Source of the DNA: Gaiellaceae bacterium
Lineage (GTDB): Bacteria; Actinomycetota; Thermoleophilia; Gaiellales; Gaiellaceae
DNA length: 38,083 bases
Reading direction: 5' to 3'
Assembly: GCA_036511185.1 (NCBI GenBank)
Contig: DATCCQ010000254.1
Coordinates: forward strand, 1 to 38,083
Shown here: in pieces, positions 10,159 to 17,446 of the stretch
Numbering within the stretch: position 1 is the first letter of the stretch
Layout: the number at the start of each line of letters is the position of its first letter
Position numbers and translations under genes: made by a program
Notes under the pieces: model-generated
The model's input: only the letters and a program-made list of their open reading frames with translations
What the model was told of the DNA's origin: nothing
The model's database searches: none

Positions 10159-11111
10159 AGCTTCACCGCCGCGCGCAGGCGAGCCGAGGCGGCTCGCGGA
10201 TTGAGGGCAAGTTCACGCGGGCTCGGGCGGATGGCCTTGCGACCCAGCAAGCGCATCTCCGCCTCGTGCCCGCAGTTGCAGATCGGAAAATCGGGCGGGC
10301 AGATGCAACCGTGCTCCTTGGCGCGCAGGAAGCGCTTGACGATTCGGTCCTCAAGCGAGTGAAAGCTGATCACGGCCAGGCGACCGCCGGGACGTAGCAA
10401 CTCGAGCGCGCTGGGCAGCGCGTCGGCCAGCGACTGGAGCTCGTCGTTGACCGCGATACGAAGTGCCTGGAACACGCGCTTGGCCGGATGCCCCTCGCCG
10501 AATCGCGCCGGAGCCGGAATGGCGCCCCTGATCGTTTCGACCAGCTCGGATGTGCGCGTAATCTCCTCGCGGCGCCTGCGCTCCACGATCGCGCGGGCGA
10601 TCGACTTGGCGTAGCGCTCCTCGCCGAAGCGGCGGAAGATCTTCTCCAGCTCCTTGGCGCTTGCCTCGTTGACGAGATCGCGCGCCGAATAGTCCTCGGA
10701 CGGATCCATACGCATATCCAGCGGCGCATCGACCGCGTAGGAGAAGCCGCGCTCGGGCCTGTCGATCTGCATGCTCGAGACGCCAAGGTCGAACAAGACA
10801 GCGTCCGCCCTGACGCCGTTTTGGGCCAGGCGCTCGAGCACGTCGGCGAAGTCGCCGTGCAGAAGGCGAGCCTGTACACCGGCGCGGCGCCGGAAGCTTT
10901 CGAAGTAGGGGCGCACCGAAGGATCGCGGTCGATCGCGATCAGCTTTCCCGCGCCGCGCAGATCGGCCGCGAGCAGGCGTGCATGACCGCCCGCGCCGAA
11001 GGTCGTGTCAACGACCGTCTCTCCCGGGCGGATGGCGAGCAGTTCTCGCACCTCGTCGGCGAGGACGGGAACGTGATCAGTCGCGTTGGGCTGCAAGGCG
11101 TTCGGCAGCAT
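10155..11111 (-). CDS. rsmH: 16S rRNA (cytosine1402-N4)-methyltransferase
   Basis: 318 aa with the motifs HVPVL, DTTFGAGGHA (SAM binding) and SFHSLEDRIVK. It follows mraZ. Confidence 0.95.
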   Translation of the reverse strand: MLPNALQPNATDHVPVLADEVRELLAIRPGETVVDTTFGAGGHARLLAADLRGAGKLIAIDRDPSVRPYFESFRRRAGVQARLLHGDFADVLERLAQNGVRADAVLFDLGVSSMQIDRPERGFSYAVDAPLDMRMDPSEDYSARDLVNEASAKELEKIFRRFGEERYAKSIARAIVERRRREEITRTSELVETIRGAIPAPARFGEGHPAKRVFQALRIAVNDELQSLADALPSALELLRPGGRLAVISFHSLEDRIVKRFLRAKEHGCICPPDFPICNCGHEAEMRLLGRKAIRPSPRELALNPRAASARLRAAVKL

Positions 11112-11511
11112 CTTCGACCTTCTCCTCTACTTGTTTCATGTAATTCCGCCAGGCCGCGCGATCCCAGATCTCCAGGTGATCGAGAACCCCGACCACCATG
11201 ACCTCGCGTGACAAACCAACGTTTTGGATCAAGGCCTGCGGCACCATCACGCGTCCCTGCCTGTCGGGAACCGCCTCGGCGGTGCCCGAGAAATAAAAGC
11301 GTTGCATGAGCCTGCTCTCGCGAGAGAGCGGATCGAGCCCGGCAAGACGAGTCTCGATCGTGCGCGAGAACTCCTCCTTGGTGTAGATGCTCAGGCAGCT
11401 GTCCATGCCGCGCGTGAGCACTAGGCCCTCGGCAAAGCGGGGCCTGAACCGGGCGGGAAGCGTCAGCCGGTTCTTCTCGTCAAGGGTATGTTCGTACTCG
11501 CCAGAAAGCAT
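11077..11511 (-). CDS. mraZ: transcriptional regulator MraZ
   Basis: 144 aa with two SpoVT/AbrB-like repeats carrying DxxxR motifs (LDEKNRLTLPARFR and DRQGRVMVPQAL). It is the first gene of the dcw cluster. Confidence 0.95.
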   Translation of the reverse strand: MLSGEYEHTLDEKNRLTLPARFRPRFAEGLVLTRGMDSCLSIYTKEEFSRTIETRLAGLDPLSRESRLMQRFYFSGTAEAVPDRQGRVMVPQALIQNVGLSREVMVVGVLDHLEIWDRAAWRNYMKQVEEKVEDAAERLAAQRD

Positions 11512-11530
11512 GGGCTCGATCGTTCGTGTG

Positions 11531-11580
11531 GTCCACGTGGCCCCACTTTACCCCACAACTTCCCATTCCGCAACACTTTT
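11531..11580 (-). promoter_or_regulatory. MraZ-type operator: five 10-bp-phased units with GTGGG-like cores
   Basis: The minus strand reads aGTGTTgcgg aATGGGaagt tGTGGGgtaa aGTGGGgcca cGTGGAccac. On the plus strand the central cores appear as gtccac, ccccac, ccccac and tcccat starting at 11531, 11541, 11551 and 11561, exactly 10 bp apart. The array lies 20-70 nt upstream of the mraZ ATG. GTGGG-N5 direct repeats are the known MraZ binding architecture. Confidence 0.7.
11545..11573 (-). promoter_or_regulatory. candidate sigma-70-type promoter of the dcw operon (TTGCGG-17 nt-TAAAGT)
   Basis: On the minus strand, TTGCGG (plus-strand coordinates 11573..11568) and TAAAGT (11550..11545) are separated by exactly 17 nt. 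The promoter is embedded in the GTGGG repeat array and implies a ~30-nt leader before the mraZ ATG. This is a pattern match only. Confidence 0.45.
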
Positions 11581-11777
11581 CGGCCAGGAACTTGCTCTGT
11601 CCTCCACCGGCGCTCGCTTCGATACCGACTCTCTACAGCCCGCTTTCTCGAGATTTGGATCGGTTTCGTCACACGGCCGTGCAGAGTGCCTCATTACGCT
11701 GAAACCGGGTGGTGGGCTTGGGGTGCCCCGGGCGAGATTCACAATTAGCGAAGATCGAGACTCCGGCGAAAGCCCGA

Positions 11778-12611
11778 TCAGTTACTCGGGCGCTGACGGC
11801 CCAACGTGAGCTGGCGCTCGTAAGGGCCGTTGCCGGTAAGGACCGTCGCCCCACAGCGAGCCGCCAGCTGAACGGCCTCGGCAACCGGCATCCCGGCGGC
11901 CAGACCGTAGGTGAGCCCGGCGGCGAAACAGTCGCCGCAGCCATAGCTGTCGACGATCGGGCCCGGAAGCTGGGCGGCGTCGTAGTGGCCGCCGGGCTCG
12001 AGCGTGCCACCATCCGCCCCCTCGGTGCGAACGACAAGGCGCGGCGCCGGATCGAGGTCGCCGCGCTCGTAGCGCTCGCTTGCGTCCAAGTCGCTGCCGA
12101 CGATCGCATCAAGCTCGACACCGGCCTCTTGCAACACCCCCAGAGAGCGTGAAGCGGCGACCAAGACGCGTGCCTTGCGCGCCTGGCGAACGGTCTCCGC
12201 ATCGCCGCTGACGAAATAGACGCCGTCTGCCTGCTCCAGCTCGCTCCAAGGTAATTCCGGATCGTCGCCGCGCAGCGTCAACCTCTCCCCCACTACCGTG
12301 ATCGTTCGTTCGCCGTCGTTGTCAACGAAGGTGACGCCGTAGCGCTGTGGCAACTCGATCTCGCGGGCGTATACGCGAACGCGCTGCGCCTCGAGCTTCT
12401 CTCTCGCCTGGCGGCCGCGCTCGTCAGCGCCAAAGGTGGTGAAAAGCATCGCGTCACTGGCGAGGTTCGCGAACTGAATCGCAGCCACCGCGCCACCGCC
12501 GGCCGCATCGCCCCAGCCTCGGCTGGCGTGAACTATCTCGCCCTGCGTGGGCACGCGCGAAACGCGTAGGAAATCGATCCACTCGACATGACCGACGACG
12601 GCTAGGTGCAC
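11778..12611 (-). CDS. PfkB-family carbohydrate kinase (ribokinase-like)
   Basis: C-terminal PfkB signature DSYGCGDCFAAGLTYGLAAG. The N-terminus VHLAVVGHVEW fits the family if GTG 12611 is the start. The maximal ORF begins at TTG 12644. Confidence 0.8.
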   Translation of the reverse strand: MHLAVVGHVEWIDFLRVSRVPTQGEIVHASRGWGDAAGGGAVAAIQFANLASDAMLFTTFGADERGRQAREKLEAQRVRVYAREIELPQRYGVTFVDNDGERTITVVGERLTLRGDDPELPWSELEQADGVYFVSGDAETVRQARKARVLVAASRSLGVLQEAGVELDAIVGSDLDASERYERGDLDPAPRLVVRTEGADGGTLEPGGHYDAAQLPGPIVDSYGCGDCFAAGLTYGLAAGMPVAEAVQLAARCGATVLTGNGPYERQLTLGRQRPSN

Positions 12612-12854
12612 GACGCAGAGCGTATCCGCTCGGCGAAGCTCCAACGCGTATTCAGGCGTACGGGCCTACTGGAGTAGGCCGAAAACTCAAGACGTCCGAT
12701 CGCGGCGCCGAGAACTTGAGAGACGCAGTCGCTGTTCTGCCAAGACCGGAAGACTCAGACGATCACTCGACTCGACACACGCGCGCGCTGGATCGGAGCA
12801 ACTGCGCTGGGCGGCTCGCTGGTTCTGCAGCTGGCGATCATCGTCACCGGCGCA

Positions 12855-13367
12855 TTGCGAAGCGGCGCTACAGCCTACGACCGCTCCAACTCGGTGCTCC
12901 TATCTCAGCAGCATCACCTCTCCGACGTCGTGTTAGTGGCGGGCTTGAACTGCGCCTGGCTGGCAGCGATCACGCTACTGGCCTGGCCGATCGCACGACT
13001 CTGGAGCTGGGATATTCACGACACCTGGGACCACCCCGGCGTGAATACCGCCGCCCGCGTCGTCTATCCCATCGTCGCCGTCTGCCTGCTGCTGGGGCTG
13101 TGGTGGATCTTCTCGGAGCAGGCTCGCGCGCTCGACGAGCACCTCATCTCGCACTGGGCTCTCTTTGCCACCCTTCCGCACGGAACGCCCGAGTTCAGCG
13201 CTCTACTTCTTCCACTTGCGGCAGCCGCGAGCTGTATCTTCGCGCCGGCCGAGAAGCCCGGGCGCCTGCTCTTGCGAACCGTCGAGGTGTCGGTTCCGCT
13301 GGTTCTCATCGCTGCGCTCGTCGAGGTCTACCTGACGCCGCAACTGCTCATCCCGCTGCAGGTGTGA
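12855..13367 (+). CDS. integral membrane protein, SpoIIM/DUF95-like (tentative)
   Basis: The reading frame has high GC3. It shows several TM helices and a C-terminal VPLVLIAALVEVYLTPQL segment resembling the SpoIIM-family C-terminus. The frame is open and coding-like back to 12720 with no canonical start codon (see finding). Confidence 0.55.
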   Translation: MRSGATAYDRSNSVLLSQQHHLSDVVLVAGLNCAWLAAITLLAWPIARLWSWDIHDTWDHPGVNTAARVVYPIVAVCLLLGLWWIFSEQARALDEHLISHWALFATLPHGTPEFSALLLPLAAAASCIFAPAEKPGRLLLRTVEVSVPLVLIAALVEVYLTPQLLIPLQV

Positions 13368-13407
13368 GCCCGGCACAAGGGACGCTCGCGGAGCTACAGT
13401 CCGATCG

Positions 13408-13920
13408 ATGTCCGTCGCATCTCCCAAGAAGTCGGCGCAGCGTGAAAAAGCGCTCGTCTCGACGCCACTCGGTTCGCTCACAGTCAGGGCCTCCGAGCGC
13501 GGGCTGACGCAGATCGACCTCGCTCCAAGCGGAGAGACGGCACAGGCGACCGAGCCGGCAGCGGGCAGCATCCTTGCCGAGGCCGTGCGGCAGTTTGAGG
13601 AGTACTTCGCCGGTAGCCGCCGCGACTTCGACCTCCCACTCGACTACGAGGCGGGCGAGTTCGAGCGTCGCGTGCTCGAGGAACTGAGCCGCGTCCCCTA
13701 CGGCACCGTCGTCAGCTACGGCCAACTCGCCGATATGGCCGGTTACCCGGGCGCGGCCCGCGCCGTCGGCAATGTGATGCGCACGAACCCGTTCATGATC
13801 GTGATTCCCTGCCACCGCGTGATCGGCGCCGACGGTTCGCTGCGGGGCTACGGTGGCCTCGGTTGCGGGCTTGATCGCAAACGCTGGTTGCTCGAGTTCG
13901 AGGGCGCCGAGCTTTCCTAG
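13408..13920 (+). CDS. ogt: methylated-DNA--protein-cysteine methyltransferase
   Basis: 170 aa with the active-site motif IPCHRVIGADGSLRGYGGG and an upstream YGQLA helix-turn-helix segment. Confidence 0.9.
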   Translation: MSVASPKKSAQREKALVSTPLGSLTVRASERGLTQIDLAPSGETAQATEPAAGSILAEAVRQFEEYFAGSRRDFDLPLDYEAGEFERRVLEELSRVPYGTVVSYGQLADMAGYPGAARAVGNVMRTNPFMIVIPCHRVIGADGSLRGYGGLGCGLDRKRWLLEFEGAELS

Positions 13921-13927
13921 AACGATC

Positions 13928-14290
13928 ATGGCCTGGACAGCCGCTCACGCACGTCTCCTTGCCCGACACATACCACCTGCTCGGCCGCCGCTCGAGGTTT
14001 CGACGGGCGATCGCCTCCGGGTCGGCGAGTTGAGCGAAGAATGGCCGGCCTTTCGCTGGTGCAGCGACGAGCACGGTCACGGCGGCTGGGTGCCCGATCG
14101 CCATCTCTCGCATCTGTCTAACGGTGAAGCAACGGCACTTCAGGACTACGACACGAGCGAGCTGGCGGCCGATCAGGGCGAGATCGTCAGCGTGGACGAG
14201 CCCGATGAGGAAAGCGGCTGGCTCTGGTGTAGTAACGCAAGCGGAGAGTCGGGATGGATTCCGCTGCGCTGGGTCGAGCCCGTCGACTAG
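13928..14290 (+). CDS. tandem SH3-like domain protein (hypothetical)
   Basis: ATG at 13928 (MAWTAAHARLL...). There are two SH3-like repeats, each ending in ...GWVPDRHL and ...GWIPLRWVEPV. The longer ORF from 13853 overlaps ogt and looks spurious. Confidence 0.6.
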   Translation: MAWTAAHARLLARHIPPARPPLEVSTGDRLRVGELSEEWPAFRWCSDEHGHGGWVPDRHLSHLSNGEATALQDYDTSELAADQGEIVSVDEPDEESGWLWCSNASGESGWIPLRWVEPVD

Positions 14291-14985
14291 TCGTCCAACA
14301 GCCGATAGCCCACGCCCCATTCGTTGATAACAAAGGGGCCGGCGCCGGGACGGGCGAGCTTGCGACGCAGGCGCGAAGCATGTGAGTCGACCGTGCGCGT
14401 GCGCCCAATCGAACGGAAGCCCCAGACCTCGCGTAGCAGCTCTTCTTTCGAGAAGACGCGGTAGGGCGCCGTGGCCAGCTTGATCAGCAGCTCGAACTCC
14501 TTAGCGGCGAGAAAGACGCGCTCACCCGCCACGCTGACCCGGCGCGTCTGTCGGTCTAGCTCAATCTCGCCGGCGACCAGGCACTGGCGCGAGTCGGGAG
14601 CGGCTCGGCGCAGCACAGCGTGGATGCGGGCGACCAACTCCTGGTGATGGAAGGGCTGCGTCAGGTAGTCGTCGCAACCGTGCTGGAAGGCCTGAACGCG
14701 ATCGACGGCGTCTGACTCGACGCTGCCGAGCACGATCACCGGCACCTCGCGATTCCACTTGCGGCCCGGCTCGCCTTCGCGCAGGCGCCTGCAGATCTCC
14801 GCCGCGGAGGCGTCGGGTAGCTCGTTTCCAACCAGGACGAGATCGGGCAAGGCCTGCTCGGCCAGCGTCAGCGCCTCGGCGCCGGCGCCGGCCTCGACCA
14901 CCGCGAAGCCCGCCACCGAGAGCTGGCGCTCGAGTAGACCGCGAAACTGGGGCTCGGGCTCGGCGAGGAGGACTGCGGCGCTCAT
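14287..14985 (-). CDS. atypical OmpR-family response regulator with a degenerate (pseudo-)receiver domain
   Basis: 232 aa with a C-terminal winged-helix (LLREVWGF...VDSHASRLRRKL...INEWGVGYRL). The receiver-like N-terminus has its conserved phosphorylation residues substituted (see finding). No kinase gene is adjacent. Confidence 0.85.
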   Translation of the reverse strand: MSAAVLLAEPEPQFRGLLERQLSVAGFAVVEAGAGAEALTLAEQALPDLVLVGNELPDASAAEICRRLREGEPGRKWNREVPVIVLGSVESDAVDRVQAFQHGCDDYLTQPFHHQELVARIHAVLRRAAPDSRQCLVAGEIELDRQTRRVSVAGERVFLAAKEFELLIKLATAPYRVFSKEELLREVWGFRSIGRTRTVDSHASRLRRKLARPGAGPFVINEWGVGYRLLDD

Positions 14986-15108
14986 GCAGGCGACGCTAAC
15001 AGGCCAAGTAGCGCACGAATAGTGTCCCTTTCTGCCCTCTTTACGGCGGAATCGTGACGGCCTATCCCCAACCGTCCGGGACGGCCGAGGCTTATCGCGA
15101 CCGCCTGT

Positions 15109-16779
15109 TCAGAGGCGTCCGGAGCGAATCACGCCCCAGAGCAGCCAGAGCCCGAGCACGCCTGAGAGCATGAAACCGGCGACCGAGATGACGTTCACAC
15201 CGAGGAAATGCGGTCCCTTGTGGGTGAAGATGCCGATCAGGCTCGAACCGATCAGCCCGCCCATCACCACGAAGGCGATCACGAGCCGGTTCATGGCCAC
15301 CGAGAACTGGTGCAGGACGTCCTCCAGCCCCTTGTGCACGAAACCGATCTCCAGCCGTCCCTCGCGGGTCTGGCTGAGAACTTCGTGCGCCAGGTGCGGC
15401 AGTTCGCGCCCGACGCGCACCAGATCAATGCTGTCGCGGCGCGCTCGCCTGGCCATTCGCTCGGGGCTGAAGCGTCGGCGCACGAGATCGCGGGCATAGG
15501 GCTTGGCGACCTCGAAGACGTTGAAGTCAGGCGTCAACTCGGCGCCGACCGAAGCCAGCGTGGCGAGCGTCTTGTCGAGGAGTAGGAAGCGCGACGGCAG
15601 GTGCAGGTTGAGCGAGTAGATCATCGAAAAGACCTCGCGGATCACCTGAAGCGGATCGATCTCGGCCAGGCTCGACCCGTAATAGCGGTAGTAGAACTCC
15701 CGCAGTTCGAGCGCAAACTGCTGCTCGTGCTCGGGCGGGCAGCGTACGCCCAGGTCGGAGATTCGCTGAGATAGGGCGTCGACGTTTTCGCTCGCGGCGT
15801 CGATGAAGACGCGGGTGAGCCGACCCATGTCCTCGTCCGACAACCGCCCGACAAGCCCGAAATCGACCAACCCGATCTCGTCGGGGCCCGAGAGCACCAG
15901 GATGTTGGCCGGGTGCGGATCGCCGTGGAAGGCACCGTGCTTGAAGATCATCTCCATCCAGGTCTTGGCGACCCTGGTCGCCAGAACGCGCCGGTCCTCG
16001 CGGGAGAGCTCGGAGCCCTCGAGATCGGCCAGCTGCGTCCCCTCCAGGAACTCGAGCGTGAGCACGCGCTGGCGGCAGTAAGTCCAGTAGATGCGCGGTA
16101 CGCGGACGTGCTTGTCGGCGGCGAACTGGCGCCGCAGCATGTCGGCGTTTCGGCCCTCTTGGTGGTAGTCGAGCTCGCGGTGGATCGAGCGGGCGAACTC
16201 ATCCACCACGTCGTGCAGATCCACGAAATCGAGCGCCCGCACCCGCTCCTTGAGAATGCGAGCTATCTGATATATCAAGCTCAGGTCGGACTCGATCTGC
16301 TGCGGTGCACCCGGCCGCTGCACCTTGACCGCCACCAGGTGTCCGTTCGGAAGCACGGCTCGGTGCACCTGGCCGATCGAAGCCGCCGCGACCGGCACTT
16401 CCTCGAACTCCGTAAAGAGCCGCTCGAGCGACTGGTCGAAGTCCTCCTGAATGACGCGACGCACGTCGGCAAAGGCGAAGGGCCTGACATCGTCTTGCAG
16501 CGGGCGCAATTCGGCGATCAGGTCGGGCGGCAGAAGGTCGGGGCGCATCGAGAGCAGCTGACCGAACTTGACGAAGGTCGGGCCGAGCTCTTCGAGCATC
16601 GCGCGCAGGTGGCGGCCGCGCTCCGAGACGGCCGGCTCTTCGAGGCGCAACTTCTTCCGCCCCGGAATCAGATCGCTCAGGTGGTGGCGGGCGAGTACGT
16701 AACCGAAGCCGTGGCGCACCGCGACCTGCGCGATTTCCGAGAGGCGACCGAGATTGCTCGCACTGGGTTGCGCGACCAT
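15109..16779 (-). CDS. ABC1/UbiB-family atypical protein kinase
   Basis: 556 aa with the motifs AAASIGQVHRA, HGDPHPANILV and LVDFG, plus two C-terminal TM helices. This is the typical UbiB/AarF domain layout. Confidence 0.9.
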   Translation of the reverse strand: MVAQPSASNLGRLSEIAQVAVRHGFGYVLARHHLSDLIPGRKKLRLEEPAVSERGRHLRAMLEELGPTFVKFGQLLSMRPDLLPPDLIAELRPLQDDVRPFAFADVRRVIQEDFDQSLERLFTEFEEVPVAAASIGQVHRAVLPNGHLVAVKVQRPGAPQQIESDLSLIYQIARILKERVRALDFVDLHDVVDEFARSIHRELDYHQEGRNADMLRRQFAADKHVRVPRIYWTYCRQRVLTLEFLEGTQLADLEGSELSREDRRVLATRVAKTWMEMIFKHGAFHGDPHPANILVLSGPDEIGLVDFGLVGRLSDEDMGRLTRVFIDAASENVDALSQRISDLGVRCPPEHEQQFALELREFYYRYYGSSLAEIDPLQVIREVFSMIYSLNLHLPSRFLLLDKTLATLASVGAELTPDFNVFEVAKPYARDLVRRRFSPERMARRARRDSIDLVRVGRELPHLAHEVLSQTREGRLEIGFVHKGLEDVLHQFSVAMNRLVIAFVVMGGLIGSSLIGIFTHKGPHFLGVNVISVAGFMLSGVLGLWLLWGVIRSGRL

Positions 16780-16941
16780 ACCGTCAGTGTGACAGGAAGC
16801 GCGCCGCGGGCGGGCTCGTTAGACGGGTTTTGCCGGTCGCTTACGAACGGGCGAGCGAGCGCTAGCGCAGAAGTAGAGCCAGAGCGAAGAACTGCACAAG
16901 CACCCTGTCGAGACTGTTGAGCTACTTGGCGTGACGCTTAA

Positions 16942-17102
16942 GGGCCTATCCCGGTAGGGAGGCGCGGCTGAGGCGGTCGAGGCGTGGATGCCGGAGGCCG
17001 CACGAGCCGCGAAAGCGCACTGGTAGTGCGGTGAGTGGATCGGGTGGTTCCTGGCGCCGCGAATCGGCCGCATCGGTTGTGCGGGCCTACCGGGATAGGC
17101 CC
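16942..17102. repeat. 161-bp element bounded by perfect 17-bp terminal inverted repeats and flanked by TAA/TAA (MITE-like element or long structured RNA)
   Basis: GGGCCTATCCCGGTAGG at 16942..16958 is the exact reverse complement of CCTACCGGGATAGGCCC at 17086..17102. TAA sits directly outside both ends (16939..16941 and 17103..17105). There is no ORF inside. The element abuts the stop codon of the gene at 17102..17446. Confidence 0.6.
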
Positions 17103-17446
17103 TAAGCCGAGTCGCTGCTCTGCTCCAGCAGATGCAGCCGGTGCTCGAGCTGAGCTACCCGCAGCTCCAGCTCATCGGACTCCTCGCGGGTCATCAGCCC
17201 TAGTTCGCTCGCCAGAGCGCTCACGCGGGAGGCCGCCTGGCTTCCCACGCGCGCTGCGTCTTCCCGCCAGTGCTCGACCTGATCGCGCAGTAGCTCGCGT
17301 GCTTCTTCGACGCTGCCGATGTTGCCGCGAGCCGCTATCGCCTCGGCCAGGGCGTCGATCCGGTCAGCGGTCAGCGCAACCACGCCGACGGCTGCCAGCG
17401 CCAGCTCGCTGACGAGCTGCCGTGAGCTACTAGCGGGGTCGTCCAT
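17102..17446 (-). CDS. coiled-coil protein, phasin/COG3937-like (hypothetical)
   Basis: High GC3. ATG 17446 is preceded by GAGG. The C-terminal LMTREESDELELRVAQLEHRLHLLE segment resembles phasin-like proteins. The maximal ORF starts at TTG 17521 but lies deep inside secDF. Confidence 0.55.
   Translation of the reverse strand: MDDPASSSRQLVSELALAAVGVVALTADRIDALAEAIAARGNIGSVEEARELLRDQVEHWREDAARVGSQAASRVSALASELGLMTREESDELELRVAQLEHRLHLLEQSSDSA

Noticed and set aside
12716-13507. 263-aa plus-strand ORF overlapping the membrane-protein gene and the start of ogt.
   Set aside because: The translation is extremely Arg/Ser/Pro-rich. The frame at 12855..13367 has TM helices and high GC3, and ogt has its own clear start at 13408.
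15913-16920. 335-aa plus-strand ORF opposite the UbiB kinase gene. The 391-aa ORF at 20423..21598 opposite tgt is similar.
   Set aside because: Same reasoning as above. The minus-strand frames carry clear UbiB and Tgt signatures, and the antisense frames are compositional artefacts of high GC3.
16937-17106. Identification of the inverted-repeat element as a known ncRNA (6S RNA, SRP RNA, tmRNA or RNase P).
   Set aside because: The size and closing stem loosely recall 6S RNA. However, I could not find the characteristic central-bubble layout or any SRP, tmRNA or RNase P signature motif. A 21-bp stem interrupted only by a single bulged A, with TAA flanks, fits a DNA repeat better. It is kept as an open alternative in the finding, not as a call.
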